From the NCBI RefSeq assembly GCF_002113885.1, contig NW_018404715.1, positions 251,268 through 313,378 on the forward strand: a DNA stretch of 62,111 nucleotides, given 5' to 3'. Below are positions 38,161 to 51,900 of this stretch, piece after piece; within the stretch, counting starts at the first letter, position 1; every line of letters begins with the position of its first letter. This stretch comes from Mizuhopecten yessoensis. Lineage: Eukaryota. The notes under the pieces were generated by a model. The model had not been told where the DNA came from, ran no database searches, and saw only the letters and a list, made by a program, of their open reading frames with translations. The translations under genes and the position numbers were made by a program.

Positions 38161-38351
38161 CCCCGTCGGTGAGAAAGTCGGGGTTTCGGATTTTTTTTTC
38201 CATCCGTGGGGTGGTCCATGGCTGTATCGGATTTTAAAAACAGCATACCTCGCTAGACTGGACGAAACCATCAATCACGGACCGAGTCGTTCATCATTCG
38301 GACAACCTCGGACTTTCGGGAACTGGAGCCGTGACGGACGACCTCGGGACG
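38161..38351 (+). other. Candidate GC/CpG-rich exon (UTR or coding)
   Basis: Flanked by atctttag| and GACG|GTAGGT (GT at 38352-38353). One frame is open throughout: PVGEKVGVSDFFFHPWGGPWLYRILKTAYLARLDETINHGPSRSSFGQPRTFGNWSRDGRPRD. No partner exons recognised. Confidence 0.3.
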
Positions 38352-41348
38352 GTAGGTATCCATCTCACAGCTGACATGGGCAAAGGTTACTTGCCGTTTC
38401 GCCAGATCTACGATTGTCGTAAATTAAATAAAACGAGCAAAGTTGAATGTATAAAAACAAAGAGAATTGTAATAGTTATTTCTTCCATGTACCAATGTGT
38501 AATGTATGGATATTTTGTAAAGTTCGAGAGTACTTAGAGCTGAACTTCTTCCCAGATATAAATCGTTAATTATTTATATCATTAATTAACTGCAACTTTA
38601 ACTATCAGTTTGCAGATTTATTTAATCCGTGTCTCGGAATAAAAATAAATAATAGAAAACAATATATTAACGACAAATTTTATCATCTTTTTCAGAAAAT
38701 AAACAAAACCTTTTCAGATCAGGCAATCTATTAAACAAAGAAAATTCGTTAATGGTATTTTATTCCCACGCAAATTTTATATAAAAAGATTCTTAAATAT
38801 TCTATGAGCGACAAATAATGAATCGTTTCTTATTTTGTATGAAAAGGTCATTAAAAATGTTTTACCCAAATCAAAACCATTTTGTTTGTCAATCTTTTTT
38901 TATAAAGATGTAAAAAATGCTTATTATTACAGATATAAATTGTTATTTCTAGACACTTATTTATGCACGTGATAAACCAAGTCACCGCAACTGGAAAAAA
39001 ACATTTGTGTATTTTAGAGGCGATACATACATTTATTAACGCATCTCACATGCAATTATAAAAAAAATATTCATACCACTTTTCTTCACAATATATAATC
39101 TCCTGTAGACTTTCAGATGACATCTAACTGGATTGTATAACGTGTGTAATTAAAGCGATACTTCAGGAGATGCGTGTCAAATTTTGACATTTATTTCAAG
39201 TTTATCACGAAGATATAACGGGTAGAAACAAGAAGAAAAACATTACGGACGCCGTTCATGTACTAAAAATAATAAAACACAGAAAAGTTGGCATATTTGT
39301 TGTTTTCATATATACCAGAAGTGAGAGGAGATCGATTGGCCCGTCAGGAAGGGTGTGGCCGGCTTGATAGGGGTCGGGAGGTTGACCAGCGCTCAGCCCC
39401 CTCATCCGCCGAAACGCTCATTTCAACCACGTATCTTGTGAAAATTATGCCCATCATGTTCAACCATAAATTCAAATATAAATGTACGACATGAAAATTA
39501 AAACAAACAAAATAATAATGATGCAAACTGTAGGTGTTTCTCGAAAACAGATTCAAGCCTCCATTATAATAAAATAAATAAATAACTTTGTAAGCGTGAA
39601 AATGTTTAAAAAAATGTACATAAGATTGCATTGTTTCCGATTTATCTTTATACATATATATGACGTAGAATATTATTATTTGTCAAACCGTTTTACAATG
39701 GGAGAGAGTTGTGTATTCCTAGTCAGCACGCTTAGCTGTCGCAATAGATCTGCGGTCGCCTGATACTATTAATAAATCTCTGAAAGTGTGAAAAATTCAT
39801 TCTATAGTTTAGCAATCTTGTTTTTATTTGAAACCTGTAAATACATATATATTTTTATCGCATTTAAGAAGTTTGGTAGAATCATGCAATATTGATTTCG
39901 ATAGAGACATAAAATTTATATCATAATTAGAGAAGGTATATGTGTTACGCTGTGCAGTCATCAATCACATGTATACTTACCATAAATTTTACAGTTTTCT
40001 CCAAAATACACCATTTTAAGAAACCATCACATTACGCATATCATTCCAACAGAAAAAGCATCAATTACAGACGAAAATTGACGACTGTTTTCAAAATCCA
40101 CGCTTCTCATCGCAGACAAGGGATTCTGAAACTATACTAACCGATTTTGATATTAAAAAAATGTTCATTCTCCACTGCAAAATAGTAACATTTTTTAACT
40201 CTTTATTTGTTTTCCCTGTCAATAATAACACAGATTTTTAATGGTACTGTATAGCATAAGTTTATTATAATTGCATTTTTATAGAATATCATTAATAAAA
40301 ATTCATACTCCATTTATTCAATACTTTATTACATTTTTATTTATTCATATACAAAACTAAGAGATATATGTTTTCTTACAAATGCAAAATACAAATTTAT
40401 TGTGAAATCACAATTTTAGCATGATAAAATGTCATTATTTTTTTAATTTAAGTACGATATTAAACATATACATAATATCGACAAATATGAATAATAATAT
40501 TTTCAGATACACTCAAATCAGCCGCTATATTGAAACAAGTTTTTTTTCAGAGAATATCCCAATTAATTTAAGTGTGCATATTTGTATTGAAAGTTTTGTA
40601 ATTTATTATATTTTATGAATTAATTCACTTAACGTCAGCTCCGTCATGTCAGAGATATGCATCTGTCTACCTTGGACCTCGGTAATACCTCCAACAAAGT
40701 AGCTGTCAATTTCTCGCGGCAACCTGCTCTTTTTCCCCCAAGACAAAATCTTAAAACAGAACCCTTTGAACATATTGATATCAATTTAACTGGATTAATG
40801 AAGAAATTAAATTAACAGAGGCATTATATTTATATAAACACATATATAGTTATAAACAGGCAAGCTAACATCATCAAGTCCCCATTATAAACACATATAT
40901 AGTATGAGTCCTACTAAATGTATGCATGGGAAAACAATAGATTTTACGATATTATATTTCAAATTGTGTATAATGTTATTTTTTGTTTCTAAAATTAGAT
41001 ATTTCCCGTACTAAAGTTCCGTATCTACATTTGATAATGCTCTTTAATTATGTCTGGGATCGTTCAAGCATCGAACTGACAGAAATAATTTGTAAAATGC
41101 TCCTGGTAAATTTAGGGGCATTCCGGAAAGTTCATTTCAATCAACAATACAAGTTTGTACTATAAACGTCGCCGAATACTATGGAAAGACTTTGTTACCT
41201 TGTGAAAGTTATGAATAAAAAAATAAATACTAAAACACAAATTCACCTCGGGTATATACTTGAATAAAGCTTAAGATTAACTAATAAGGTAATTGAATTT
41301 TAATCAGAAACGGAAATTTAGCTCTATTTCTGATGTTGACTGAAAACA

Positions 41349-41441
41349 GGGATGGGTTTAGGTTAACGGGGCGATCGGGAGTTGTGGTGGGGTGGGGTGG
41401 GGGTGGTGGTTGCGGTTGTGGTGGGGTNGGGGTGGGGAGGG
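41349..41441 (+). other. G-rich tract / G-quadruplex motif containing an N
   Basis: Multiple G3-G5 runs (GGGGTGGGGTGGGGG...GGGGTNGGGGTGGGGAGGG); N at 41428. Confidence 0.75.
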
Positions 41442-41894
41442 ACTGTAGAGTCAAAACAATGTAATACTACGTATATTATGACATTTTGCATATTGAAAGA
41501 AACAAATGTCGTAATAACTAATTTTGGAGCGATTTCATTTCCAGCGTCAATAACCATTTGTTTGCCACAAAGGACGTCCGGGACTATCAGCTTTATTTGT
41601 TTTGGGTTTAACACCCAATGTTATGAATATGAAGACGGGTGACAGGGGACAAACCGCAAAAAGGAAAGAGTAGAGAAGTGAGAAAGGGGAAGCTTAAGAT
41701 CCCAATTGTTGTAATAGGGGCAGCACATCAATCAGTCAATTCTATATGTAATATACACAACCTATATACGGTACAGGGTATTAATTTATAATGTATACAA
41801 AACAGTAGAATATATAACACGTTTTTTTTTAAATTCAATATTTGTTATTCTGATAAAGTTTTTCACCAAATATCAATTTTCAATTTGTCTGCTG

Positions 41895-42080
41895 TTTAGA
41901 CTGTGTATATTTGTATGTTTATTGAATGGTGACACCGATACTGTATGTACAGAGTCATCAATCTTTAATGACAACACCTGTGTCTTGACGCATGTAATTT
42001 TTTTGTAGATGTATTCGACGATATTGTAAAGTGTTAGGTGTCAGTTGTAATTTTCAATAAAATCTATTTTAAACTAAATA
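41895..42080 (+). mobile_element. Possible LINE-type 3' tail remnant (similar tail at ~29360-29395)
   Basis: TG-rich segment ending TTTTCAATAAAATCTATTTTAAAC; compare TTTTCAATAAAATATATTTGAAC near 29370. No reverse transcriptase sequence seen. Confidence 0.3.
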
Positions 42081-45000
42081 TTGCGACTTCTTATTATCAA
42101 TTGTGTAGAATATAGAATATAGATTTATTTTCTAAATTGCAATTTAATTTGAATGCGTTCGTTGTGACACCAGGTGATTTATGAATGATATATTTTATAG
42201 ATTAACTCTACGTGGTTATGATGCATGTAAGTAGATATCTATGTGAGATAATGACAAATTACAAGACAAGATGCATAAACATTTACATAAAAAATAACTT
42301 ATCACACATACCTATAACTTCAATTAGAATTTACTTATAATTTGTAGCCTGCTGGTGAATCGTGAAATATTTCAAACAAAATATGTGGTACTCTTTTTAT
42401 GTTGACAGTGTACTCCGGAGGGAAAGGCAATGTACTTCGGGGGAAAACCCCGTCAAAGTCCCGGTACAAATGTAACATATACCTGTATGTATACTAACAG
42501 TGATTTCATCAATTTAACTGTGTCCTGGAAGTATATTAAAGATAAAACTAACAAATTTATTAATTTTCACTACTGTGCAGAGGTGATTGACTTCTACCCT
42601 GATTCCCATGATTTGGTTTTTCAACATTCGGACAAGAAGATATGGAGAATTCAAGTTCAAGTATTTTATTTACCAAATACGATGCAGCAGATAAATTATG
42701 TAAATACATAGTTATCAATAATGTAATCTCTGTAACCATTAAAACTCTTTGTGACTTTTTACTTACTAAGAGACAAATATCAAACAAATCATGTGGTAAG
42801 AATATATAGGTAAATATATGTTTTAAATTTATATTTGCTTGTTTGTATGTTGGGCCTGTTCCGATGCATTTTGATTTATTTTTAATAAATCGCGATATCA
42901 AACTGCTAATTTAGGCTGAAATGAAGTGTTTTCATTCTACGATTCAATTACAAAAATTATAGTTATAACACGTCTTTATTGTGTATATGTGTACAAATTC
43001 TTAACTTCAAACACTTCATTTTCACATGTCTTTACATTTAGATTTATACACAGGCTAATTTCAAGATGACATTAATTTGAGATTTTCGGGTCACATAAAT
43101 CCGGACATTAAAAAAATGTGTTCCTTGAATTTTCAGATTGATAGTTGCTTATAGAGATATTTTACTTTAGAGTGAAGGTTCATTAATCCGGAATGAATTA
43201 AGTATGATGAATAAATACACAAAAAAATGTTATTCTAAGATTGACCATACTTAATGCTTTTTTGTCGGAGAGGCTATATGTTCCAAAGATTCTAGTTCAT
43301 TGTCAAAACTAAACACGCACACCTCATTCGTAAGTACTTAGGGTTTTAGCTAAAGTTGATCCGAAAGAGTTTTAAATCATGACATTATAATTCCCCACTG
43401 GGAGCCGGTGTTTAGTTTCCAGAGTAAACCTGTTGACGATTAGCCGACGGTCAATACCCTCGAAATTTCCTCCCAACGCACGTGCAGTTTATTCCCCGCG
43501 CACGGGAGGTAGTAGATTAAACTAAAGACCTGTACGAAAGATACCATCTCATATCAAGGTATAAAAAAACAACTCTATACGTTCCACACAGATTTTCGAA
43601 TTAAGGCAATGATTATAATTCCTGTAAGAGCAAATTTATCGCGTGAATAGACAATGTTTTAAATAATTGAGATGGAATAGTAATTGTGCTTTCGACCCTC
43701 TTATTTACATCACACTAACTTGTGTTTCGATTTTTCTGTAGATGTAAACTTAAAATCGTTAAAATTAGTATAACTTTCGGAAACTTTTAATGGATATCAC
43801 CTTTAATTAAAATTATAATTAAATTGAAAATGGAATTTGGCAATATTCGTTTGACAAAGGATTTTTTGAAAATAGAAGCGCCCGACTCTTTGTGCTATGG
43901 CCACATTGAAGAAAGCATACTTTCGTTTATTTCTAATTTTATTTCTTATTTTATTTCTAGTTTTATTTCTAATTATTAACAATTCTTGACAATTTTATTT
44001 TCGAAAATTATCAAGATTTGAACATGAAGTTTTGAACAAATAACAAAACTTTCGTTTCCCAGTTAAATCCCGAACAGTGTGAGCCGAGACAGAAAAAAAC
44101 CGCGTTGACAATTACAAATGTTGGTTGACACGCTCAGAACAAAATGGCGCCTTGCTAATCGTGTGGCTAACGTTATGTGTCCGTAATGTGACGAGGAAAG
44201 ATGACCTGTTCCATATTTGTCCCCGACTGACTAGATCAAGATTGTCGCTTGACCCCTTGCTTGACCCTCACAGGACGGACTTCCCCGGGAGTCACTCGAT
44301 GTCCGGCTGTCGTGTGTCCGGAGACCAGCGCGACGCATGGAGCGACAAGGTTGTGGACTCCTCTACAAACCAATCGGTATTGACCATCCATTACGGCCCG
44401 ATACGGCGAGTTACGGTGTCCATACCACTGGTTATTGGTCAGACAGGACATGTAATGGACTGTTAATGTCCAGTGTAAGACATAATGACCAATTGTTTAT
44501 TTGTTCGTACATATCTATCTATCTACATAGTGTTTAAGCAGTGTTTTAAAAGTCAGTTTACACATTAATTCACATACTCACGAGGCTCTCGCTGTATACA
44601 CAAACCAAAGTGTTCGGATTATAGAGGATTGACGCTATACCTAAACCCAGACTATTAAGACAAATAATAATCTATTGTACATAAAAGATTGATCTGTGTT
44701 GACGACTTTAAAATTAACAATTTACGATTTCGAAGCAATTACGAGAAAATGAAACTTCAGGACGTGTACGTGCATTCTGAAGGACATACAATCAAGTGTC
44801 CGGACTAACGCAGACACACACTGACCCGAGTGGACGAGGGTTAACCTTATATGCACATGTACGTCATTTATTTATCAATAAAGGACAGGGAAGACCTCCG
44901 AACTGTACCGTAAACCGTTGAATTCCTGCCAAGAGTGTTGATAACAAGCAACGCTGACCTCATGAAACCGGGTTTGATTGACCGTTCATAACACGGCTAG

Positions 45001-46649
45001 TCTTGTTCAGAGGTCAAATAAGGACCCCATTATTGACCGCAGTGCACGTTTTTGTGTGACGTCACTAATCGTCTATTTACATATCTGCATGTCTGCCTGG
45101 GTGGCTATCCACACGGTCGCCATATCGCTAGTTTCCCGCCGAATGTTTACCCACCATTCAAAGTGACCGTCCCGCCGTGGTCGCCATACTCTACCAAGCT
45201 CCAATATAGAAACCCTTGATGATAAGAAATAAAACATGGCGACTCTTATCGATCTAGTAAATCACCCTGTTCACAAGATCAAACGAACGTTTGTCATGCT
45301 TTATAAAATGTATGGATTTAAAATGGTACTTAGCTGCCTAGAGAAGCTAGATTTGGCGTTGCCGTAACAGTTTAGCTTACTTCATTTACTCAAGTCTTTT
45401 GATCCAGATTCATGATTTATTGCTCGTGAGCCTAGAAGTGCACGTTCTTGCAATGCTTGCTGTTGTCGGAACGGGGTGGATCTCGAAACAAATATCCTTA
45501 ATAAACTCAAAAGCGTCTTGCTAACGAGGAGTTCCTGGTCGGGGTCACGTGTGATATGGTCCCTACTATATCTCACATTGACTTAAGACTACGCAATAAG
45601 CCTGCTTCTTATCTGTAAATTTTGTCGGATTCTCGGGTGGTGTAATTTGGCCGCCACGACACTGTTCCAACTGACGTTGTTACATCTAAATATAGCACAT
45701 GTATTTTGAGTGGACGTCAAGAAAGAATATCTTAATATAAAATTCCGCTGAATTCCCGAACACACGTAAAATGAAATATTCTTTCTGTTGTTAATTATGT
45801 CAAATAAGCTATGGGTACCTTCATGTAGATAGCCGTTCTGTTGGGCAAAGGATCTTGTCCATTATTCATTTTGCTTATGACGATCTTTGTTTGTCTTTGA
45901 AACAAAAGTATCCTTCTTCTTCCGCATAGTTCAAGATAACTTGTGTTGTGTTTTTAGCCTATTATTCTTTCATGAGGAAACTCAAGGATGATATTGTACA
46001 ATTTAAAAAAAAAATCAGCCCTGAAGGTGCCTTTCCGTTTAAAATTCTTTCTGAAAGAGAACAAGTTTTAATTAAAGAAATAAAACGACCCAATATCATA
46101 TATGCTGATGTTTGCAGGTTTAACAAATTTATTGATATCATAATGTTAGTTTCAAATAAAAATGACAGCTAAAATATATAGAATGAAATTTCCTGTTAGC
46201 CCTGAGTCAGCCTTTATAAGTACGGAGTAGGCTGTATATTAACTTTGGGTTCTGTTTCATGTCTGCTTTGTCACTTTGAGGGACACTCGTCGTGTTTGAA
46301 GAATACGCCATAAATGTATTTGTAACCATATAATAGATCACGATTTTAAACCTCATAAATTCATTTCTCCTAACTATTTCAGTGCAATAAGATTGAGTGA
46401 GAATCCGAGTGTTATATAGTTGTGGCTATATTTTTGTACAGGTTATCTCCCCTGTTCAACCAGAACGTTACACAGCTATATACAACAGTCAGTGCTAAAA
46501 GGAGCAAACTTGATCCCATAATTTAAGGACGCCAGTCCAGTTTCTAGTACATTCAATGTTTGTTAATGCATAGGAAAATATTTTTTGTTCAGGTGTTAAA
46601 AACTAAATCTCATTAAAGCTATGTATCCTGATCAACTTTATGTGTATGT

Positions 46650-49600
46650 CTCTATCTGGACACATGTCTATATCTCCAGTGTGTCTCCGTATCCAGACAC
46701 GTCTCTATATCTCCAATGTGTCTTTGTATCCAGACACGTCTCTATATCTCTAATGTGTAGCCGTATCCAGACGCGTCTCTATATCTCCAAGGTGTCTCCG
46801 TATCCAGACACGTCTCTATATCTCCAGTTTGTCTCCGTACCATACACGTGTGTATATCTCCAGAGTGTCTTTATAGTCAGAAATCTGTCTATATTTCCAG
46901 TGTGTCTCTTTATCCAGACACGTCTCTATATCTCCAATGTGTCTCCGTTTCCAGACGCTTGTCTGTATCTCCAATGTTTCTCCGTATCAAGACATGTCTC
47001 TATATCTCCAGAGTGTCTCCGTATCCAGACCCGTGTCTATATCTCCAGTGTGTCTCCGTATCTAGACACGTGTCTATATCTCCAGTGTGTCTCCGTATCA
47101 AGACACGTCTCTATATCTCCAGTGTGTCTCCGTATCCAGACCCGTGTCTATATCTCTAATGTGTCGCCGTATCCAGACAAGTCTTATATCTCCAGTGTGT
47201 CTCCGTATCCAGACAAGTCTCTATATCTCTAATGTGTAGCCGTATCCAGACACGTCTCTATATCTCCAATGTGTCTCCGTATCCAGAAAAGTCTCTATAT
47301 CTCCAGTGTGTCTCCGTATCTAGACACGTGTCTATATCTCCAGTGTGTCTCCGTATCCAGACACATGTCTATATCTCCAGTGTGTCCCCGTAGCCAGACG
47401 CGTCTCTATATCTCCAGTGTGTATCCGTATCCAGACACGTGTCTGTCTATATCTCCAGTGTGTCGCCGTATCCAGACGCGTGTCTATATCTTTAGTATGT
47501 CTCCGTACCCAGACACGTCTCTATATCTCCAGTGTGTATCCGTATCCAGACACGTGTCTGTCTATATCTCCAGTGTGTCCCCGTATCCAGACGCGTCTCT
47601 ATATCACCAGTGTGTCTCCGTATCCAGCCACGTCTCTATATCTCCAGTGTATCTCCGTATCCAGACACGTCTCAATATCTCCAATGTGTCTTTGTATCAA
47701 GACACGTGTCTATATCTCCAGTGCGTCTCCGTATCCAGACCCGTGTCTATATCTCCAGTGTGTCTCCGGATCCAGACACGTCTCTATAGCTCCAGTGTGT
47801 CTCCGTATCCCGACCCGTGTCTATATCTCCAGTGTGTCTCGGTATCCAGACACGTCTATATATCGCCAATGTGTCGCCGTATCCAGACATGTCTCTATAT
47901 CTCCAGAGTGTCCCCGTATCCAGACACGTCTCTATAGCTCCAATGTGTCGCCGAATCCAGACATGTCTCTATATCTCCTGTGTGTCTCCGTATCCATCTA
48001 TATCTCCAGTGTGTCTCGGTATCCAGACACGTCTATATATCTCCAACGTGTCTTTGTATCCAGACACGTCTCTCTATCTCTAATGTGTCGCCGTAGCCAG
48101 ACAAGTCTTATATCTCCAGTGTGTCTCTCTATCTTGACACGTCTCTATATCTTCAAGACATGTCTCTATATCTCCAGAGTGTCTCCGTATCCAGACCCGT
48201 GTCTATATCTCCAGTGTGCCTCCGTATCCAGACACGTCTCAATATCTCCAATGTGTCTTTGTATCAAGACACGTGTCTATATCTCCAGTGCGTCTCCGTA
48301 TCCAGACCCGTGTCTATATCTCCAGTGTGCCTCCGTATCCAGACACGTCTCAATATCTCCAATGTGTCTTTGTATCAAGACACGTGTCTATATCTCTACT
48401 GTGTCGCCGTATCCAGACACGTGTCTATATCTCCCGTGTGTCTCCGTATCCAGACGCGTCTCTATATCTCCAGTCTCTCTCCGTACCATACACGTGTGTA
48501 TATCTCGAGAGTGTCTTTATAGTCAGAAATCTGTCTATATTTCCAGTGTGGCTCTTTATCCAGACACGTCTCTATATCCCCAGTGTGTCTCCGTATCCAG
48601 CCACGTCTCTATATTTCCACTGTGTCTCCGTATCCAGACACGGCTATATATCTCCAATGTGTCGCCGTATCCATACACGTCTCTATATCTCCAATTTGTC
48701 GCCGTATCCAGACACTTCTCTATATCTCTAATGTGTCGCCGTATCAAGACACGTCTCTATATCTCCAATGTGTCGCCGGATCCAGACACGTTTCTATATC
48801 TCTAATGTGTCGCCGTAGCCAGACAAGTCTTATATCTCCAGTGTGTCTCCGTCTCCAGACACGTCTCTATATCTCCTGTGTGTCTCCGTATCCATCTATA
48901 TCTCCAGTGTGTCTCGGTATCCAGACACGTCTATATATCTCCAATGTGTCGCCGGATCCAGACACGTTTCTATATCTCTAATGTGTCGCCGTATCAAGAC
49001 ACGTCTCTATATCTCCTGTGTGTCTCCGTATCCAGACAAGCCTCTATTTCTTCAGTGTGTCTCCGTATCCAGCCACGTCTCTATATTTCCACTGTGTCTC
49101 CGTATCCAGACACATGTCTATATCTCCAGTGTGTCTCGGTATCCAGACACGTCTATATATCGCCAATGTGTCGCCGTATCCAGACGCGTGTCTATATCTT
49201 TAGTATGTCTCCGTATCCAGACACGTGCCTATATCTCCAGTGTGTCTCCGGATCCAGACACGTCTCTATAGCTCCAGTGTGTCTCCGTATCCAGCCACGT
49301 CTCTATATCTCCAATGTGTCACCGTATCCAGACACGTCTCTATATCTCCAATGTGTCGCCGAATCCAGACATGTCTCTATATCTCCAGTGTGTCTCCGTA
49401 TCCAGACACGTCTCTATATCTCCAGTGTGTCTCCGTATCCAGACACGTCTCTATATCTCCAATGTGTCTCCGTATCCAGACACGTCTCTATATCTCCAAT
49501 GTGTCTCCGTATCCAGACACGTCTCTATATCTCCAATGTGTCTTTGTATCCAGACACGTGTCTATATCTCTAATGTGTCGCCGTATCCAGACACGTCTCT

Positions 49601-51140
49601 ATATCTCCAGTGTGTCTCCGTATCCAGACACGTGTCTATATCTCCAATGTGTCGCCGTATCCAGACACGTCTCTATATCTCCAATGTGTCTCCGTATCCA
49701 GACACGTCTATATATCTCCAATGTGTCTTTGTATCCAGACACGTCCCTATATCTTTAATATGTCGCTGTATCCAGACACGTCTCTATATCTCCAGTGTGT
49801 CTCCGTATCCAGACACGTGTCTATATCTCCAATGTGTCTCCGTATCCAGACATGTCTCTATATATCCAGTGTGTCTCCGTATCCAGACACGTCTCAATAT
49901 CTCCAATGTGTCTTTGTATCCAGACACGTCTCTATATCTCTAATGTGTCGCCGTATCCAGACACGCCTCTATATCTCCAATGTGTCACCGTATCCAGACA
50001 CGTCTCTATATCTCCAGTGTGTCGCCGTATCCAGACGCGTCTCTATATCTCCAATGTGTCGCCGTATCCAGACGCGTGTCTATATCTTTAGTATGTCTCC
50101 GTATCCAGACACGTCTCTATATCTCCAATGTGTCACCGTATCCAGACACGTCTCTATATCTCCAATGTGTCGCCGAATCCAGACATGTCTCTATATCTCC
50201 AGTGTGTCTCCGTATCCAGACACGTCTCTATATCTCCAGTGTGTCTCCGTATCCAGACACGTCTCTATATCTCCAATGTGTCTCCGTATCCAGACACGTC
50301 TCTATATCTCCAATGTGTCTCCGTATCCAGACACGTCTCTATATCTCCAATGTGTCTCCGTATCCAGACACGTCTCTATATCTCCAATGTGTCTCCGTAT
50401 CCAGACACGTCTCTATATCTCCAATGTGTCTCCGTATCCAGACACGTCTCTATATCTCCAATGTGTCTCCGTATCCAGACACGTCTATATATCTCCAATG
50501 TGTCGCCGTATCCAGACGCGTCTCTTTATCTCCAATGTGTCGCCGTATCCAGACACGTCTCTATATCTCCAATGTGTCACCGTTTCCAGACACGTCTCTA
50601 TGTCTCCAGTGTGTCTCCCTATCCAGACACGTCTCTATATCTCCAATGTGTCTCTTTATCCAGACGCATGTCTATATATCCAGTGTTTCTTTGCATTCAT
50701 TCACGTGTCTATATCTTCAGTGTGTTTCCGTATCCAGACACGTGTCTATATCTCCAGTGTGTCTCCGTATCCAGACGCGTGTCTTTATCTTTAGTATGTC
50801 TCCCTATCCAGACACGTCTCTATATCTCCAATGTGTCTCCGTATCCAGACGCGTGTCTTTATCTCCAATATGTCTCCGTATACAGACACGTCTTTATATC
50901 TCCAGTGTGTCTCTCTATCTTGACACGTCTCTATATCTCCAATGTGTCTCTTTATCCAGACGCATGTCTATATATCCAGTGTTTCTTTGCATTCATACAC
51001 GTGTCTATATCTTCAGTGTGTCTCTATATCGTCAAGTTGACTCTATATCCAGACATATCTGCATATCTCTATGGTGTCTCGGTATCCAGAATCGTCTCTG
51101 TATCTCCAGTGTGTCTCCGTAGCTAAACACATCTTTATAT
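46650..51140. repeat. 37-bp satellite array, ~120 copies, ~4.5 kb
   Basis: Consensus TCTATATCTCCA(A/G)TGTGTCTCCGTATCCAGACACGTC. Most homogeneous around 50200-50480 and degenerate at both edges. Confidence 0.98.
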
Positions 51141-51244
51141 CTCCGGCGTTGTTCTTTCTTTTCTCTCGACCTGTGTCTCTATCATAGGCATTTACCTCCA
51201 TCAGGCATATTTTTTCACTCTGTGGGAATGACATTCTTATTTTC

Positions 51245-51900
51245 TCTCTCTCCTGGCGATCTGTCTCTCCGCCCCAGACATTATCCCCAATTCCACTAAT
51301 TTCTTATTCCTCCTTTATCTCCCCTGACGATCTGTCTCTCCGCCCCAGACAATAGCGCAATTTCCTTGATCTCTCATTCCATCTTTCTCCCTCCTGGCGA
51401 TCTGTGTCTCCGCCCTAGACATTAGCGCAATTCCCTTGATCTCTTATTCCATCTTTCTCTCTCCTGACGATCTGTCTCTCCGCCCCATACACTAGCGCAG
51501 TTTCCTTGATCACTTATTCCATCTCTCTCTCTCCTGACGATCTGTCTCTCCGTCCCAGACACTACTTCCAATCCACCTATCTCTTATCTATTTTTCTCTC
51601 CTGACAAAACTTAACGCCATCTGCCTGTTTCTTACATCTCTCTCTCCTTGCGATCTGTCTCTCTGTTACCGACATCCTTCCTTTCTCTAATTACCTGGCC
51701 TGTTACAGATTTTTCTCCCTTGGCGATCTGTCTCTCCGCCCCAGGCATTAGCGCGATTCCGCTTATCGATCTCTTATTCCACCTTTTTCTCTCCTGGCGG
51801 TCTGTTTCTCCGCCAAAGACATTTTCCAACACCTATTCTGTTTTTACTCATTCTTTCTCTCTCTTGTGCGATCTATCTCTCCGTCCCAGACATTAGCTCC
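51245..51900. repeat. ~70-bp pyrimidine-rich tandem repeat, ~9 copies
   Basis: CGATCTGTCTCTCCGCCCCAGACA (with variants) starts at 51257, 51328, 51398, 51468 and 51538, then 51651, 51724, 51798 and 51869. Confidence 0.92.

Noticed and set aside
43505-43520. GAGGTAGTAGATT, let-7-like
   Set aside because: Only 13 nt match, with the wrong 5' base, a divergent 3' half and no precursor hairpin.
46621-51126. Many 100-486 aa ORFs (YPDTSLYLQCVSVSRHVSISP repeats)
   Set aside because: The same peptide appears in all three frames because the 37-bp unit lacks stops and is not a multiple of 3; this is a satellite artefact.
46650-51140. CRISPR-like appearance (37-bp hairpin repeats)
   Set aside because: Units are head to tail with no unique spacers, there are no cas genes, and the context is eukaryotic. 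The same applies to the 41-, 36-, 25-, 48- and 46-bp arrays.
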